This document shows, one piece after another, positions 51,509-61,309 of a stretch of 64,000 nucleotides of DNA (positions are counted from its first letter, which is position 1; the number at the start of each line of letters is the position of its first letter). The stretch comes from an uncultured Clostridia bacterium (lineage in GTDB: Bacteria > Bacillota > Clostridia > Oscillospirales > CAG-272). The translations under genes and the position numbers were made by a program. The stretch lies in contig CANPZU010000002.1 of NCBI GenBank assembly GCA_947588825.1, positions 12,750-76,749 of the forward strand. The letters run 5' to 3'. The notes under the pieces were generated by a model. The model worked only from the letters and a program-made list of their open reading frames with translations, was not told the origin of the DNA and did not search any database.

Positions 51509-52486
51509 ATGAAAATAAAAAAAACCGTATGCTCCCTTGTCGCCTTTATAACTCTTGCGGCCTCTCTTGCACTCTTGCTTTCGGGCTGCGGCGCGGCGCG
51601 GCCTCCAAAAGAGGAAAACACGCTTAATATACTGTGCACCGGCTTTGCCGCGTACGACTGGACGCGGCAAATAACAAAGGGCTCAAATTCCGTCTCGGTA
51701 GAACTGCTCGCAAAAAGCGGAATCGACATACACAATTACAGCCCTTCGGCATCGGACGTCGCCTCTATCGCCTCAAGTGACATAATAATATATGTAGGCG
51801 CCGCCTCCGAGGAATTTATAGAAGAAACGGCGGGCAAGGACGCCGAGCTTATAAATCTGCTTTCCGTTTTGGGGGAGGGGGCGCTCGCGGTGCCGGAGTC
51901 GGTGTCAAAGCACGCCGAGCACAATCACATAAACCCGCATTCTCACGAATACGACGAGCATGTGTGGCTTTCCCTCAAAAATGCGCGTCTTTTTTGCTCT
52001 CGCATATGCGAAAGCATAATAAAAAAGGACGCGGCAAATGAAAAGCTGTACAAAGACAACTGCGCCGCGTACACAAACGAGCTTGAAAAGCTGGAGACCT
52101 CCTTTTACGAGACGGCGCGAAACGGCCGTGTAAATTCTATGCTTTTTGCCGATCGTTTTCCTTTTGCCTATCTGATGAACGATTGCAATGTAAGCTGTGT
52201 CTGCGCTTTTGACGGCTGTTCAAGCGAAAGCGACGCAACCTTTGAAACGGTCGCCCTTCTTTGCAAGCGCCTTTCCTCTTCTGACCTTTCCTATATTGTA
52301 ATCAGCGAATCGGGCGATACAGAGCTTGCAAGGACGGTAATCGAGGCTTCGGGCAAGCAGGGGGAGTGCGGCGTCGTGGTTATGAACTCGATAAGCTGTC
52401 TTTCAAAAAGGCAGATAGATGAGGGCGTCAGCTATATCGACATTATGAAAGAAAATCTCATTTCTTTTGAAAAGGCTCTGAGCTGA
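51509..52486 (+). CDS. znuA: Metal (zinc) ABC transporter substrate-binding lipoprotein
   Basis: Lipobox LLSGCG. ..DEHVWLS.. and a His-rich loop (HAEHNHINPHSHEYDEH) are typical of ZnuA/AdcA. Confidence 0.85.
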   Translation: MKIKKTVCSLVAFITLAASLALLLSGCGAARPPKEENTLNILCTGFAAYDWTRQITKGSNSVSVELLAKSGIDIHNYSPSASDVASIASSDIIIYVGAASEEFIEETAGKDAELINLLSVLGEGALAVPESVSKHAEHNHINPHSHEYDEHVWLSLKNARLFCSRICESIIKKDAANEKLYKDNCAAYTNELEKLETSFYETARNGRVNSMLFADRFPFAYLMNDCNVSCVCAFDGCSSESDATFETVALLCKRLSSSDLSYIVISESGDTELARTVIEASGKQGECGVVVMNSISCLSKRQIDEGVSYIDIMKENLISFEKALS

Positions 52487-52510
52487 GCTTTTTAGATTTG
52501 ACGGTGTAAA

Positions 52511-53218
52511 ATGGAATTGTTGAGATGTGAAAATCTGACTCTCGGTTACGAAAAAAAGGCGGTTGTCCGAGAGCTGAGCTTTATTGTAAACGAGGGAGAC
52601 TACCTCTTTATACTTGGAGAAAACGGGTCGGGAAAGACCACTCTTATGAGGACTATACTCGGCCTTTCAAAGCCGCTTTCGGGAAAAATAACCTTTGGCG
52701 GCGGACTGCGTCCCGGTGAGGTCGGCTACCTCCCGCAGCAGACCGACATCCAGCGCGACTTTCCCGCCTCGGTGTGGGAAATCGTCCTTTCAGGCTGTCT
52801 CGGGCGGCGCGCCTTTTCCCCTTTTTACGGCGGAAAGGAAAAAAGCAGAGCGAAAGATATAATGAATCACCTTGGGATATCCGAAATAGAAAGAGCCTCC
52901 TACAGAGAGCTCTCGGGCGGACAGCAGCAAAGAGTGCTGCTTTGCCGGGCGTTTTGCGCCGCCTCTCGTCTCATCGTGCTCGACGAGCCCACCTCGGGAC
53001 TCGACCCGTCCGCCGCGGAAAAAATGTATGAGATCATAAAAATGCTCAACGATAATAAAATGACCGTCATGATGATTTCACACGATCTTGACGCGGCGAT
53101 AAAGTACGCAAGTCATATCCTGCACATAGGCGAAACTCCTCTCTTCTTCGGAAAAAAAGAGGATTACCTTGACAGTCAGGTCGGCAAAAATTATCTCGGC
53201 CGCCGTGCGTGCGACTAA
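52511..53218 (+). CDS. znuC: Metal ABC transporter ATP-binding protein
   Basis: Walker A GENGSGKTT, signature LSGGQQQR, Walker B LIVLDEP. Confidence 0.88.
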   Translation: MELLRCENLTLGYEKKAVVRELSFIVNEGDYLFILGENGSGKTTLMRTILGLSKPLSGKITFGGGLRPGEVGYLPQQTDIQRDFPASVWEIVLSGCLGRRAFSPFYGGKEKSRAKDIMNHLGISEIERASYRELSGGQQQRVLLCRAFCAASRLIVLDEPTSGLDPSAAEKMYEIIKMLNDNKMTVMMISHDLDAAIKYASHILHIGETPLFFGKKEDYLDSQVGKNYLGRRACD

Positions 53219-53241
53219 AAAAAGTACCAAGGTGCATAATA

Positions 53242-54129
53242 ATGAATGTATTTGAAACTCTTGTATATTATTTTAGCTTCGGGTATGTAAGAAACGCTTT
53301 TATCGTCTGCGTGCTTGTCGCCATGTGTTCCTCTCTTTTGGGAGTCATACTCGTAATGAAGCGTCTTTCCTTTATCGGTGACGGGCTTTCACACATTGCT
53401 TTCGGCGCAATGGCAGTCTCTTCTGCCGTAAGCGCGCTTTTGCAAATGACGCTCAAAGAAGGGCACGATATCGCGCTTGACACCCTCATTGTCCTGCCCG
53501 TAACACTGCTTGCGGCGGTGCTGCTTTTGCGCTCGGGGCCCAACTCAAAAATAAAGGGAGACGCGCTTATCGCCGTCATCTCGGTCAGCGCGCTTGCGAT
53601 AGGTTATCTTATAATGAATATGTTCTCCCTTTCCTCGAACGTTTCGGGAGACGTCTGCTCGGCGCTTTTCGGCTCCTCGTCGATAATCACGCTCACCTTT
53701 CGGGACGTGTGCTTCTCGCTTGCCGTTTCGGCAGTCGCGCTTGTTATATTTTTGCTGCTTTATAACCGACTTTTCTCGGTGACCTTTGACGAGTCGTTCG
53801 CACGGGCGACAGGCCTCAGAACAGACGCGTACAATCTGCTTATCGCCTGCCTTATCGCTTTTATCGTGGTGATAGCAATGGAGCTCGTCGGTTCGCTTTT
53901 GATATCGGCTCTCGTGGTCTTCCCGGCGCTTTCGGCGATGCGAGTGGCCAAAAGCTTCAGGGCCGTGGTTCTTATTTCTCTTGTCTGCTCGGTCTGCTGC
54001 GCGGCTTTGGGCGTCGTCCTTTCGGTGCTGCTCAGCACGCCCGTCGGAGCGACGGTTGTAATACTCGATCTTGCCGCGTTTGCCGCTTTTTCGGCGGCGG
54101 GAAAGCTGCGGCGCTTTGCAAGTAATTAA
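53242..54129 (+). CDS. znuB: Metal ABC transporter permease
   Basis: Start at ATG 53242 after AAGGTG. Polytopic protein of ZnuB/TroC type. Confidence 0.82.
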   Translation: MNVFETLVYYFSFGYVRNAFIVCVLVAMCSSLLGVILVMKRLSFIGDGLSHIAFGAMAVSSAVSALLQMTLKEGHDIALDTLIVLPVTLLAAVLLLRSGPNSKIKGDALIAVISVSALAIGYLIMNMFSLSSNVSGDVCSALFGSSSIITLTFRDVCFSLAVSAVALVIFLLLYNRLFSVTFDESFARATGLRTDAYNLLIACLIAFIVVIAMELVGSLLISALVVFPALSAMRVAKSFRAVVLISLVCSVCCAALGVVLSVLLSTPVGATVVILDLAAFAAFSAAGKLRRFASN

Positions 54130-54175
54130 ATGGCCGAATGCCAATGAAATATATGCAAAAAAGGAGGCTCTTTTG

Positions 54176-54379
54176 ATGGCGGTGCGTTTGAATGAAGATG
54201 AGGAAATCGTCAAAACTGTACGGGAAGGGCTCAAAAGAAGAGGCGGATACTGCCCCTGCCGCGTGCAGAAAAAAGAAGAGTATAAATGTATATGCAAGGA
54301 GTTTCGCGAGCAGATAGCCGACCCCGAATTCGAAGGGTATTGCCACTGCAAGCTGTACTACAAGAGCAAAGACAAATAA
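54176..54379 (+). CDS. Ferredoxin-thioredoxin-reductase catalytic-subunit-like small Cys-rich protein
   Basis: Start at ATG 54176 after AAGGAGG. 67 aa with a CPC..CIC..CHC arrangement. Confidence 0.6.
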   Translation: MAVRLNEDEEIVKTVREGLKRRGGYCPCRVQKKEEYKCICKEFREQIADPEFEGYCHCKLYYKSKDK

Positions 54380-54423
54380 AAATTACTATAACGGATTAAA
54401 AAATTGAAAAGGAGTATGTTATT

Positions 54424-54732
54424 ATGTCTTCGGTAAAAATCAATGAAGCAAATTTCAAAAAAGAGGTCATGGAAAGCGATAAGCCGGTCCTTTTGGACTT
54501 TTACGCGGAATGGTGCGGACCGTGCAAAAGCATCGCTCCCGTGGTGGAGGAGATCGCTTCACAGCGCAAGGATATTAAAGTATGCAAGGTGAATGTCGAT
54601 GAAAACGTCTCGCTTGCCGAAAAATATTCGGTGGAGAGCATTCCCACCCTCATGGTAATAAAGAACGGCAAGGTCGTAAACAAGGTCGTCGGCGCTGTTT
54701 TGAAAGCCACAATCGAGCAAATGCTCGATTAA
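54424..54732 (+). CDS. trxA: Thioredoxin
   Basis: ..VLLDFYAEWCGPCK... Confidence 0.93.
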   Translation: MSSVKINEANFKKEVMESDKPVLLDFYAEWCGPCKSIAPVVEEIASQRKDIKVCKVNVDENVSLAEKYSVESIPTLMVIKNGKVVNKVVGAVLKATIEQMLD

Positions 54733-54858
54733 AAAGAAGGTTAAAAAGAAGGCAAAAAAGAAAAAGAGCAAATTCACGGCGAAAAGATTAAAACGGATAA
54801 GTTGCGGTAATAATCTAATCGGATCAAATGATCAAATTTTATTATCGGAGGAACTTAT

Positions 54859-55332
54859 ATGCAGCTTACACAAAAGGAAACCCTTCTTCTTAAAGACCTT
54901 AAGGATGAGGAAAAGCTTTGCACCGAAAAATACACAAAGCATTCCTCGGCCGCCACCGACCCGCAGCTTAAAAACCTCTTTTCGCAGATCGCTCAAATCG
55001 AGCAGGGACATTTGAAAATGATCGAGGAGCTTGAACGCGGCACCGTCCCGGACATCTCTTCAAAGTCCTCCTCAAATACGCCGAATATAGCAAATATGCA
55101 ATTTGAGGCATATTACGACCAAAACCCCAGCCCCAACAAACAGGAGGACAGCTATTTCTGCAGCGACGTCCTCGCCGTTGAAAAACACGCCTCAAGTCTT
55201 TATAACACCTGCGTATTCGAGTTCAAGGACGAAAATGCCAGAAATGTGCTGAGCCATATCCAAAAGGAAGAACAGGACCACGGAAAGGCTATCTACGACT
55301 ATATGCAGACAAACAGCATGTACGGATCATGA
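54859..55332 (+). CDS. Spore coat protein F-like (ferritin-like four-helix) protein
   Basis: ..LTQKETLLLKDLKDEEKLCTEKY...A.DPQLKNLF..I...E..H.. is typical of the CotF family. Confidence 0.65.
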   Translation: MQLTQKETLLLKDLKDEEKLCTEKYTKHSSAATDPQLKNLFSQIAQIEQGHLKMIEELERGTVPDISSKSSSNTPNIANMQFEAYYDQNPSPNKQEDSYFCSDVLAVEKHASSLYNTCVFEFKDENARNVLSHIQKEEQDHGKAIYDYMQTNSMYGS

Positions 55333-55399
55333 AAAAAGAAGTATAAGACACATAAAAATACGTGATTAAATTTAATAAAAAGGCGACGCGATGTGCGGC

Positions 55400-55431
55400 G
55401 CCTTTTTGCCTTTTTGCCTTTTTGCCTTTTT
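55400..55431. repeat. 8-bp tandem repeat x4 (GCCTTTTT) next to the cotF-like/bioY convergent terminator
   Basis: Four exact units read directly. They are preceded by the hairpin AGGCG..CGCCT. Confidence 0.8.
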
Positions 55432-55445
55432 GTTTTACGGACGTT

Positions 55446-56024
55446 TCAGTATTTTTTCAAAACCGCCTTGCTTATTCTGCCGCTCAAAGTTAGAGCAAGC
55501 AGCATTTTGACGGCGTCCGGAATTATAAAGGGAAGCACGCAGACGGCAAAGGCGGCGCCAATGCCCACAGGAGCGCCGCTTTTCACACTAAGTATCACAT
55601 ACCAAACCGTCCCGAAAATGTACATAATGAGCGTGCCCGCCGTAAGCGACATGACCTTGACCCACGGCTTTTTTGAAATGAGCTCGGTAAAAGCAAGATA
55701 TGAAAGCGCGACAAATATAAAACCTACTATGTACCCGCCCGTAGTCTGAAAAAGCACGCCGATGCCTCCCCTAAAGCCCGTGAAAATCGGAAGCCCCGCC
55801 GCGCCGAGCGCTATATAAGCAAGTATGCAGACAAGACCGCGCCTGCCGCCGAGAAAGGACAGCGCAAAATATATCCCAAATGTCTGCATCGTGAAGGGAA
55901 TCGCAGACGGAACCGTAATAAACGTGCATAAACATATTATCGCCGTGCAAAACGCGCAAAGCGTCAAATTCTTTATTTTGTTTTCTTTCGCTCCCGATAT
56001 GTTCTTTGATCTGTATGCGCTCAT
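55446..56024 (-). CDS. bioY: Biotin transporter BioY
   Basis: ..IPFTMQTFGIYFALSFLG.. and ..TGGYIVGF... Confidence 0.88.
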   Translation of the reverse strand: MSAYRSKNISGAKENKIKNLTLCAFCTAIICLCTFITVPSAIPFTMQTFGIYFALSFLGGRRGLVCILAYIALGAAGLPIFTGFRGGIGVLFQTTGGYIVGFIFVALSYLAFTELISKKPWVKVMSLTAGTLIMYIFGTVWYVILSVKSGAPVGIGAAFAVCVLPFIIPDAVKMLLALTLSGRISKAVLKKY

Positions 56025-57013
56025 ACGCAGTCCCCCCTTTCTCTTATGCTTATCTCGCCCGCGGACAAAAACTCTCTCTCGCCGTCCTCATCGTATTCCA
56101 CCTCAAGACGGCATTCGTCATCTATCGAAAGCGCCGTCGCGGGACGCGAAATTCCTCCCGATATGACGTTTATTTTCTTGCCTACCGTGAAGTTGTACTT
56201 TCTGTAGAGCTCTGCCGCGTTTTGCCGGCTTTCATCCTTGTATAGGGTGTAAAAGTGCGAAAGAAAACGACCGATTATCCGACTCTTCGCAAACGATACG
56301 GCACTTTTCGCAAGACTCCCCGCAATCGGGGCGACTCCCTCGGGAAAACCGCCCGAAGGTTCGTAAACGTTCACCCCTACGCCGAGCACTATGTAATCGA
56401 CCGCCTTGGTCTCAAGATCCAGCACCGCCTCGGTCAGTATCCCGCATATCTTCTTGCCTTCGTAGTATACGTCGTTAACCCATTTAATTTCAGCGTTTGC
56501 CGAAAATGTCTCCCTCGCGGCAAGACATACGGCCGCCGCCGCCGCCGTCGTGACAAATACCGCTTGCTCTGCAGTGAGCTTCGGCCGAAGTAAAAGACTT
56601 AAATATACCCCGCTTTCCTTGGGAGAGTAAAAGGAACGCCCCATTCGCCCCCTGCCCTCGCTCTGCGAAAGCGCAATGAGCACCTTGCCTTCACTCTCGC
56701 CGCTCGCACCTTCCTCCTTGAGCACGGTGTTTGTCGAAGTTACCCTGTCCCGTATCTCTATTCTGTAAAAACTCCTTTTGTCAAAATCTATCGCATTCGT
56801 TATCCCCGTTTTCGATATGACATCCTCACATCCTGAAAGCATGTACCCGCGCCTTGGAACACTGCTTATCTCATGCCCCGCCTCACAAAGCGCCTTTACC
56901 GCCTTCCATACCGCATTCCGGCTCACTCCCAGTAATCCGGCAATCTCCTCGCCCGAAATGTATTCCCCCGCCCTTCTTTCAAGCTGCTCAAGTACCTTTT
57001 CCGTCGTTTTCAT
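56021..57013 (-). CDS. birA: Bifunctional biotin-[acetyl-CoA-carboxylase] ligase / biotin operon repressor
   Basis: N-terminal wHTH (..ISGEEIAGLLGVSRNAVWKAVKAL..) plus ..SQSEGRGRMGR.. (GRGRxGR biotin-binding loop). It overlaps bioY by 4 nt. Confidence 0.9.
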   Translation of the reverse strand: MKTTEKVLEQLERRAGEYISGEEIAGLLGVSRNAVWKAVKALCEAGHEISSVPRRGYMLSGCEDVISKTGITNAIDFDKRSFYRIEIRDRVTSTNTVLKEEGASGESEGKVLIALSQSEGRGRMGRSFYSPKESGVYLSLLLRPKLTAEQAVFVTTAAAAAVCLAARETFSANAEIKWVNDVYYEGKKICGILTEAVLDLETKAVDYIVLGVGVNVYEPSGGFPEGVAPIAGSLAKSAVSFAKSRIIGRFLSHFYTLYKDESRQNAAELYRKYNFTVGKKINVISGGISRPATALSIDDECRLEVEYDEDGEREFLSAGEISIRERGDCV

Positions 57014-57040
57014 AACCCCTCCGTATTTTTAAACGTAACT

Positions 57041-57069
57041 ATTGTAACATACGACGCCTTTATTGTCAA
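57041..57069 (-). promoter_or_regulatory. birA-bioY promoter (TTGACA-17-TACAAT)
   Basis: The minus strand reads TTGACAataaaggcgtcgtatgtTACAAT. Confidence 0.55.
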
Positions 57070-57094
57070 CCCTAAAATTAAAACGGGTGACAAT
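57062..57094. promoter_or_regulatory. Candidate BirA operator: inverted repeat ATTGTCAACCC-N11-cGGGTGACAAT overlapping the -35
   Basis: TGTCAACC/GGTGACA half-sites are of the bioO type seen in Firmicutes. Confidence 0.6.
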
Positions 57095-57137
57095 TATTAT
57101 AAAAAAATGAAGCTCAAAACGCTTTGAGCCCGATAAA

Positions 57138-57251
57138 CCGGCCGCGTTTGCGCGGCTCCTTCGCTCTTCTCGGGGAGCTTTTTGAAAAAAGCCTCCCCGA
57201 ACCCCTGCAAAAACTTTAAAACTGCCAAGACGGCCGCGTTTGTGCGGCTCC
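57138..57251 (+). repeat. Repeat module A, copy 4 (preceded by an extra GCCGCG-TTTG-CGCGGC hairpin)
   Basis: Near-identical to 6186-6263 and 12804-12881. Confidence 0.85.
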
Positions 57252-57256
57252 TTCGT

Positions 57257-57440
57257 TTTATAAACCTTAGAGCAGAATCTTCATTAGCGCGGCGAATGCT
57301 CTGTGCCCTTCGGGCGCAGAGTCAGGGCAAAAGGGTACGGCGTCGGGGGAAAGCGAGCTTTCACCGAGTCGCCGTACCCTTTTGCCCTGACCTTACGGCG
57401 GCAAAGCCGCCGCAAGGCACGCCGCGCCGCACTACGGTTT
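57257..57440 (+). repeat. Repeat module C, copy 4
   Basis: TTATAAACCTTAGAGCAGAATCTTCATTAGCGCGG...CGCACTACGGTTT. Confidence 0.85.
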
Positions 57441-57449
57441 ATACAGTTT

Positions 57450-57656
57450 GTTTCCCCCGCTTTTCAAAAGCCGGCGGGTCGAGGGCAGAGCCCCGTCGCG
57501 CCCGCAGGCGCGAAACACTCCTTAACAAGCCACGTGCGCGGTGCACTACGGCTTGTCTGATTTGTTTCCCCGGCTTTTCAAAAGCCGGCGGGTCGAGGGC
57601 AGAGCCCCGTCGCGCCCGCAGGCGCGAAACACTTTTTAACAAGCGACGTGCGGCGG
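57450..57656 (+). repeat. Repeat module B, two tandem units
   Basis: Cores at 57450-57515 and 57564-57630 are nearly identical to each other and to 6467-6533. Confidence 0.85.
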
Positions 57657-57689
57657 CAAACGCACAAAGTCCGCCCATACGGGGCAGAC
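57657..57689 (-). terminator. Intrinsic terminator after hsp20
   Basis: The minus strand reads GUCUGCCC-cgua-u-GGGCGGAC followed by UUUGUGCGUUU. Confidence 0.6.
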
Positions 57690-57700
57690 TTTGAGAAAGC

Positions 57701-58135
57701 TTATTCGATCTCGATATTTTGAGGTGCTTCGACCTTCTTTTCGATTTTAGGCATACTCACTCTGAGGACGCCGTCGACATAGGAAGCCTTAATATTTTCG
57801 CTTTCGATACCCGAGATATCGAAGCTGCGAGAATATTTACCGTAAGAGCGTTCGATATGGGTATAACCTTTTTTCTTTTCGTTCTCCTCGTTTTCGCTTT
57901 TTCTTTCGGCGCTTATAGTAAGAAGGCCGCCTTCAACGCATATTTTTATATTTTCCTTTTTAAAGCCGGGAAGATCGGCGACAAGGACGTATTCATCTTC
58001 TTTTTCTCTGATATCGGTGCGGAACTCAGCGAGGGCGCGTCTTCTGTCGGTAAAGTTCCTTTCAAACTCATCAAAGAAAGCGAAAGGATCGTACGCTGAA
58101 TTATTTCTGTATCCGAAGGGTACAAGTTCAAACAT
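57701..58135 (-). CDS. Hsp20/alpha-crystallin small heat-shock protein
   Basis: 144 aa with ..DIREKEDEYVLVADLPGFKKENIKI.. and ..GVLRVSMPK... Confidence 0.9.
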   Translation of the reverse strand: MFELVPFGYRNNSAYDPFAFFDEFERNFTDRRRALAEFRTDIREKEDEYVLVADLPGFKKENIKICVEGGLLTISAERKSENEENEKKKGYTHIERSYGKYSRSFDISGIESENIKASYVDGVLRVSMPKIEKKVEAPQNIEIE

Positions 58136-58333
58136 AAAATTACCTTGCCCGTGACGTTTTCAAGACGTCGAAGGGCATCCTTTCTGCTGATTTTAGCTGA
58201 TTTCTGATTTAATTTTGTTTAATGTTTAATTATGATTTAAAATGATTGATATAAATAAAATAAAGCCGTCGAGTGGCGACGGTTTTATTTTACGCATTTT
58301 TGCGACAATTATAAATAAAATCAAAAATCGATA

Positions 58334-59623
58334 TTAAATACGGGCGCCCTGTTTTTTCAATTTTTCCTGCAGGGCTTTGACATCAACAAGGCGAGAATCG
58401 GCATTCACATCGCAAGCGAGTGCTGCGGCGACGCCCGCCGCCTGACCGGTGATGAAGCATCCGGGCATAACTCTGACGGAGGACTGCATACGTCTATCGC
58501 TTCCGATGCATCTGCCGGCGACAAGCACGTTTGAAAGTCCCTTTGGGATAAGCGAGCGGTAAGGGATGCCATAGGATTCACCCTTTTTATAACGGTATTT
58601 GCTTTGGTATTCCTGCTTAGCCCTTTCGAAAGCCTGCCTGTCGGCGTTTTCGACATGCACATCCACGGGATAGCAATATCTTCCGATTTCGTCCTCAAAG
58701 CTTCTTCTTGCCGTAAAATCGTCGATATTAAGCATATAGTCACAGCATATTCTGCGCGACTCGCGCACGCCGAGCATTCCTGCGCTGCATACCAGTGTGG
58801 AATTTTCATATCCCGAAAGGTAGTGCGTATAATATTTTACGTACTCTGTCAGTATTTGGCGTCCCTTTACCATAGCTTTTGTAAGGCATTGTTCGTCGGT
58901 CGGGTCGTCAAGCGACACATGGCCGATATTACCGCCGCCCACGCCTCTGCCGGCGTCCGCGCGGTAGATACCGGGAAGATGGCGATCAGGCGTTTCAAAC
59001 ACTTTATCCTCTATTGCCTTTTCGAGATATTTAGCGTCATAATCGGCGTGGGAAAAGTCGATATTAGCCCAAACAGAGCAAAGGGTTGCGGGCATTACCT
59101 TACCCTTTTCATCGCCCTGTTCAAACGGTGCGCCCGCAAGGGCGCATAGGTCGCCGTCCCCGGTGCAATCGACATAAACCTTGGCCTTAACGGCGAATAA
59201 GCCGCTTTTTGCGGAGAGGATTACATGTTCCACTCTGCCCGATCCATCGGTAACGGCATCGCACAGAGTGGTAAAAAAGCTGTACTTTACACCGCTTTCC
59301 TCAATTATACAGTCATATGCGCGCCGAAGCTCCTCGATATTTATCGGGCTCCAAGTTGACTCAATCGGAAAGTCGCGCGAGACCTTTTTTCTTATCTCAA
59401 GACCTATACCCGAGCAAAGTATTTCCTCGCCGTTGCCAAACGCGGCAAAAGCGGGGACAAACCCTGCCGTTGCCAAGCCGCCGAAAAAGCCCTGAGACTC
59501 GGCGATAAAGACGCTCTTGCCGCAGCGGGCGGCTGCCACGGCGGCACAAACGCCCGCGGGTCCGCCTCCGGCGACAAACACATCAACGGCATACCGAAGT
59601 TCGACATCTCTTTCGTATTTCAT
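58334..59623 (-). CDS. FAD-dependent oxidoreductase
   Basis: ..DVFVAGGGPAGVCAAVAAARCG.. (GxGxxG). 429 aa. Confidence 0.75.
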   Translation of the reverse strand: MKYERDVELRYAVDVFVAGGGPAGVCAAVAAARCGKSVFIAESQGFFGGLATAGFVPAFAAFGNGEEILCSGIGLEIRKKVSRDFPIESTWSPINIEELRRAYDCIIEESGVKYSFFTTLCDAVTDGSGRVEHVILSAKSGLFAVKAKVYVDCTGDGDLCALAGAPFEQGDEKGKVMPATLCSVWANIDFSHADYDAKYLEKAIEDKVFETPDRHLPGIYRADAGRGVGGGNIGHVSLDDPTDEQCLTKAMVKGRQILTEYVKYYTHYLSGYENSTLVCSAGMLGVRESRRICCDYMLNIDDFTARRSFEDEIGRYCYPVDVHVENADRQAFERAKQEYQSKYRYKKGESYGIPYRSLIPKGLSNVLVAGRCIGSDRRMQSSVRVMPGCFITGQAAGVAAALACDVNADSRLVDVKALQEKLKKQGARI

Positions 59624-59750
59624 AACACTGCGCCTCTTTTGGCCCGCGGGCGAGCGTGCTCTCCCGCGGGCAATGTTTATTTAAATTTTATACCCGCTTC
59701 CGATTTCAAAGAGATAGCGCGGGAGAGCGGCAGAGCGGGAAAGCGAAGAA

Positions 59751-61076
59751 TCAGTTTTTCTCCCAATCGGTCTTCATGAGAGCAATAGCCATCATAAGCG
59801 CGTCCTTATCAAGATCGTTATCCCGCTCCCATCTTTCAAAAGCAAGTCCGTCCTGACCGCAAGGGGTATAATTTACGAAAAAGCTGTTGTAATTTGAAAA
59901 ATAGTCGCCGGGAGTCATCACTATATCGTTGTAAAGGTAGCTTCCTTCGTTCACCATAACGTTTTCGTCGTTTTCATTGACACTGGCGGTTGTTGTGACC
60001 GACTCGCTGAACACAATGCTGCTTTCAAGGACGTTCTTCTTTTTTGTGACCATACACACTTTCTTTTCGCTGTAATTTGATGAATAGGAGGCATAGATGC
60101 CGATGAGATAATAGCTTTTTGTCTTTTTGTCCTCGCTTTCAAGCTGGTAAACGTTCCAGCTTCCGCGCGGATTGCCCGCGTACGAATTTGTGTCAAGGGT
60201 AAGAGCCGGGTTTACCGAGTCAAGAAGATAGACGTTTATATACGCCCTCAAATCCTTTACAAAATACTCGAGCAATTCGGGCTCTCCGTCCCTATCCATG
60301 TCGGCAAGGGCGAATCTTTCGGTGTTGTCGGTCGCTATCTTGGATATCATTTGCGAGAGCTTTTCAACCGTTTCGCTCTGCACGCCGTAAATAAACCATT
60401 CTTCCCCTATCATAACGGCGCTGACATCAAAGGTCTTGCCGTTCACCGTTACGGTGTAGACGAGCTTGCCGTCGTCTTCCTTTTTAAGGCCTTCCACCTT
60501 CCAAACCGGTTCCTTGCCGAACTCCTTTTCTATCTGCGGGCCCTGCATGTATTCGCTCAACGCGTGATATCCGTCGCTTCCCACTATTCTGAGCGAATTG
60601 ACGGCAAAAACGATCACAATTATTCCAATGACCGAGAAAAGCAGAATAAGAGTCACCTTTCTCATCGTGTTGTTTCCCTTTTTCATGCCCGGAGCCTCGC
60701 TGCTCTTGTATTCCGTGACGCAAGTCAGAGCAAGGCTGTCCCCGAGCGTGTCGTATCCCGCAAGGATCATGAGAATCTCGACGGGAAAGAGCAAGAGCGC
60801 GAAATTTCTGCGCAGCTTCTGAAATGGGCGCGCCGCCTTGCCGTCCCATGTGACGATTTTCAGTTTAAAGAGCTTTTTACCGATGCTTCTGTCGGTAAAA
60901 TCGCGAAACAGAAAGAAGATAAAAGTCATAACGACGCCAAGGATAAGCATCGCGCTTTTTCCGAGGCGGAAGCCCGACGCAAAATACGCGGGCAGCACCG
61001 ACACAAGAAGAGCGCCGATAGCGCACAAAATAAGATCGACGGCATCGGAGGCAAGTCTGCGAACTCTGAATTTCAT
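59751..61076 (-). CDS. RDD-family membrane protein fused to a large extracytoplasmic domain of unknown function
   Basis: The N-terminal part (about 120 aa) looks like an RDD-type TM pair (..FRDFTDRSIGKKLFKLKIV..). An extra TM segment and a C-terminal region of about 280 aa follow. Confidence 0.5.
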   Translation of the reverse strand: MKFRVRRLASDAVDLILCAIGALLVSVLPAYFASGFRLGKSAMLILGVVMTFIFFLFRDFTDRSIGKKLFKLKIVTWDGKAARPFQKLRRNFALLLFPVEILMILAGYDTLGDSLALTCVTEYKSSEAPGMKKGNNTMRKVTLILLFSVIGIIVIVFAVNSLRIVGSDGYHALSEYMQGPQIEKEFGKEPVWKVEGLKKEDDGKLVYTVTVNGKTFDVSAVMIGEEWFIYGVQSETVEKLSQMISKIATDNTERFALADMDRDGEPELLEYFVKDLRAYINVYLLDSVNPALTLDTNSYAGNPRGSWNVYQLESEDKKTKSYYLIGIYASYSSNYSEKKVCMVTKKKNVLESSIVFSESVTTTASVNENDENVMVNEGSYLYNDIVMTPGDYFSNYNSFFVNYTPCGQDGLAFERWERDNDLDKDALMMAIALMKTDWEKN

Positions 61077-61309
61077 TTTTCACCCATCCTTTTTCAAAGC
61101 GTGAGAATCCCGATAAAACAAGAACCCAAGGCTTCACGTCCTTTTAGATTTATTATACCTCTCTCTCACTTTTTCGTCAATAGTGTTAATTAAAATTAAC
61201 AAAACGTTCGACGTATCGTTTTATCTTTATATCTTATATTTTATCATCAAAGGGACCCTTTTTAAAGGTCCCTTTGATCTGACGCGCTGCGGCGCGCCTT
61301 GTTTCATTG

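Noticed and set aside
50954-51670. 238-aa ORF antisense to zur and the znuA 5' end.
   Set aside because: It covers the zur promoter, operator and gene on the wrong strand and has no motifs. The sense genes are well supported.
53545-54351. 268-aa ORF antisense to znuB and the FTR-like gene.
   Set aside because: It is a mirror ORF of a membrane-protein gene with an Arg/Lys/Ser-rich translation. The sense strand has strong homology and RBSs.
57182-57694. 170-aa ORF (plus overlapping 85-aa and 79-aa ORFs) spanning the repeat block between birA and hsp20.
   Set aside because: It lies entirely within the A-C-B-B repeat. The translation is Arg/Ala/Pro/Lys-rich low complexity. ORFs are open on both strands because of the GC-rich palindromes. 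There is no RBS, and equivalent 'ORFs' at the other loci are not colinear.
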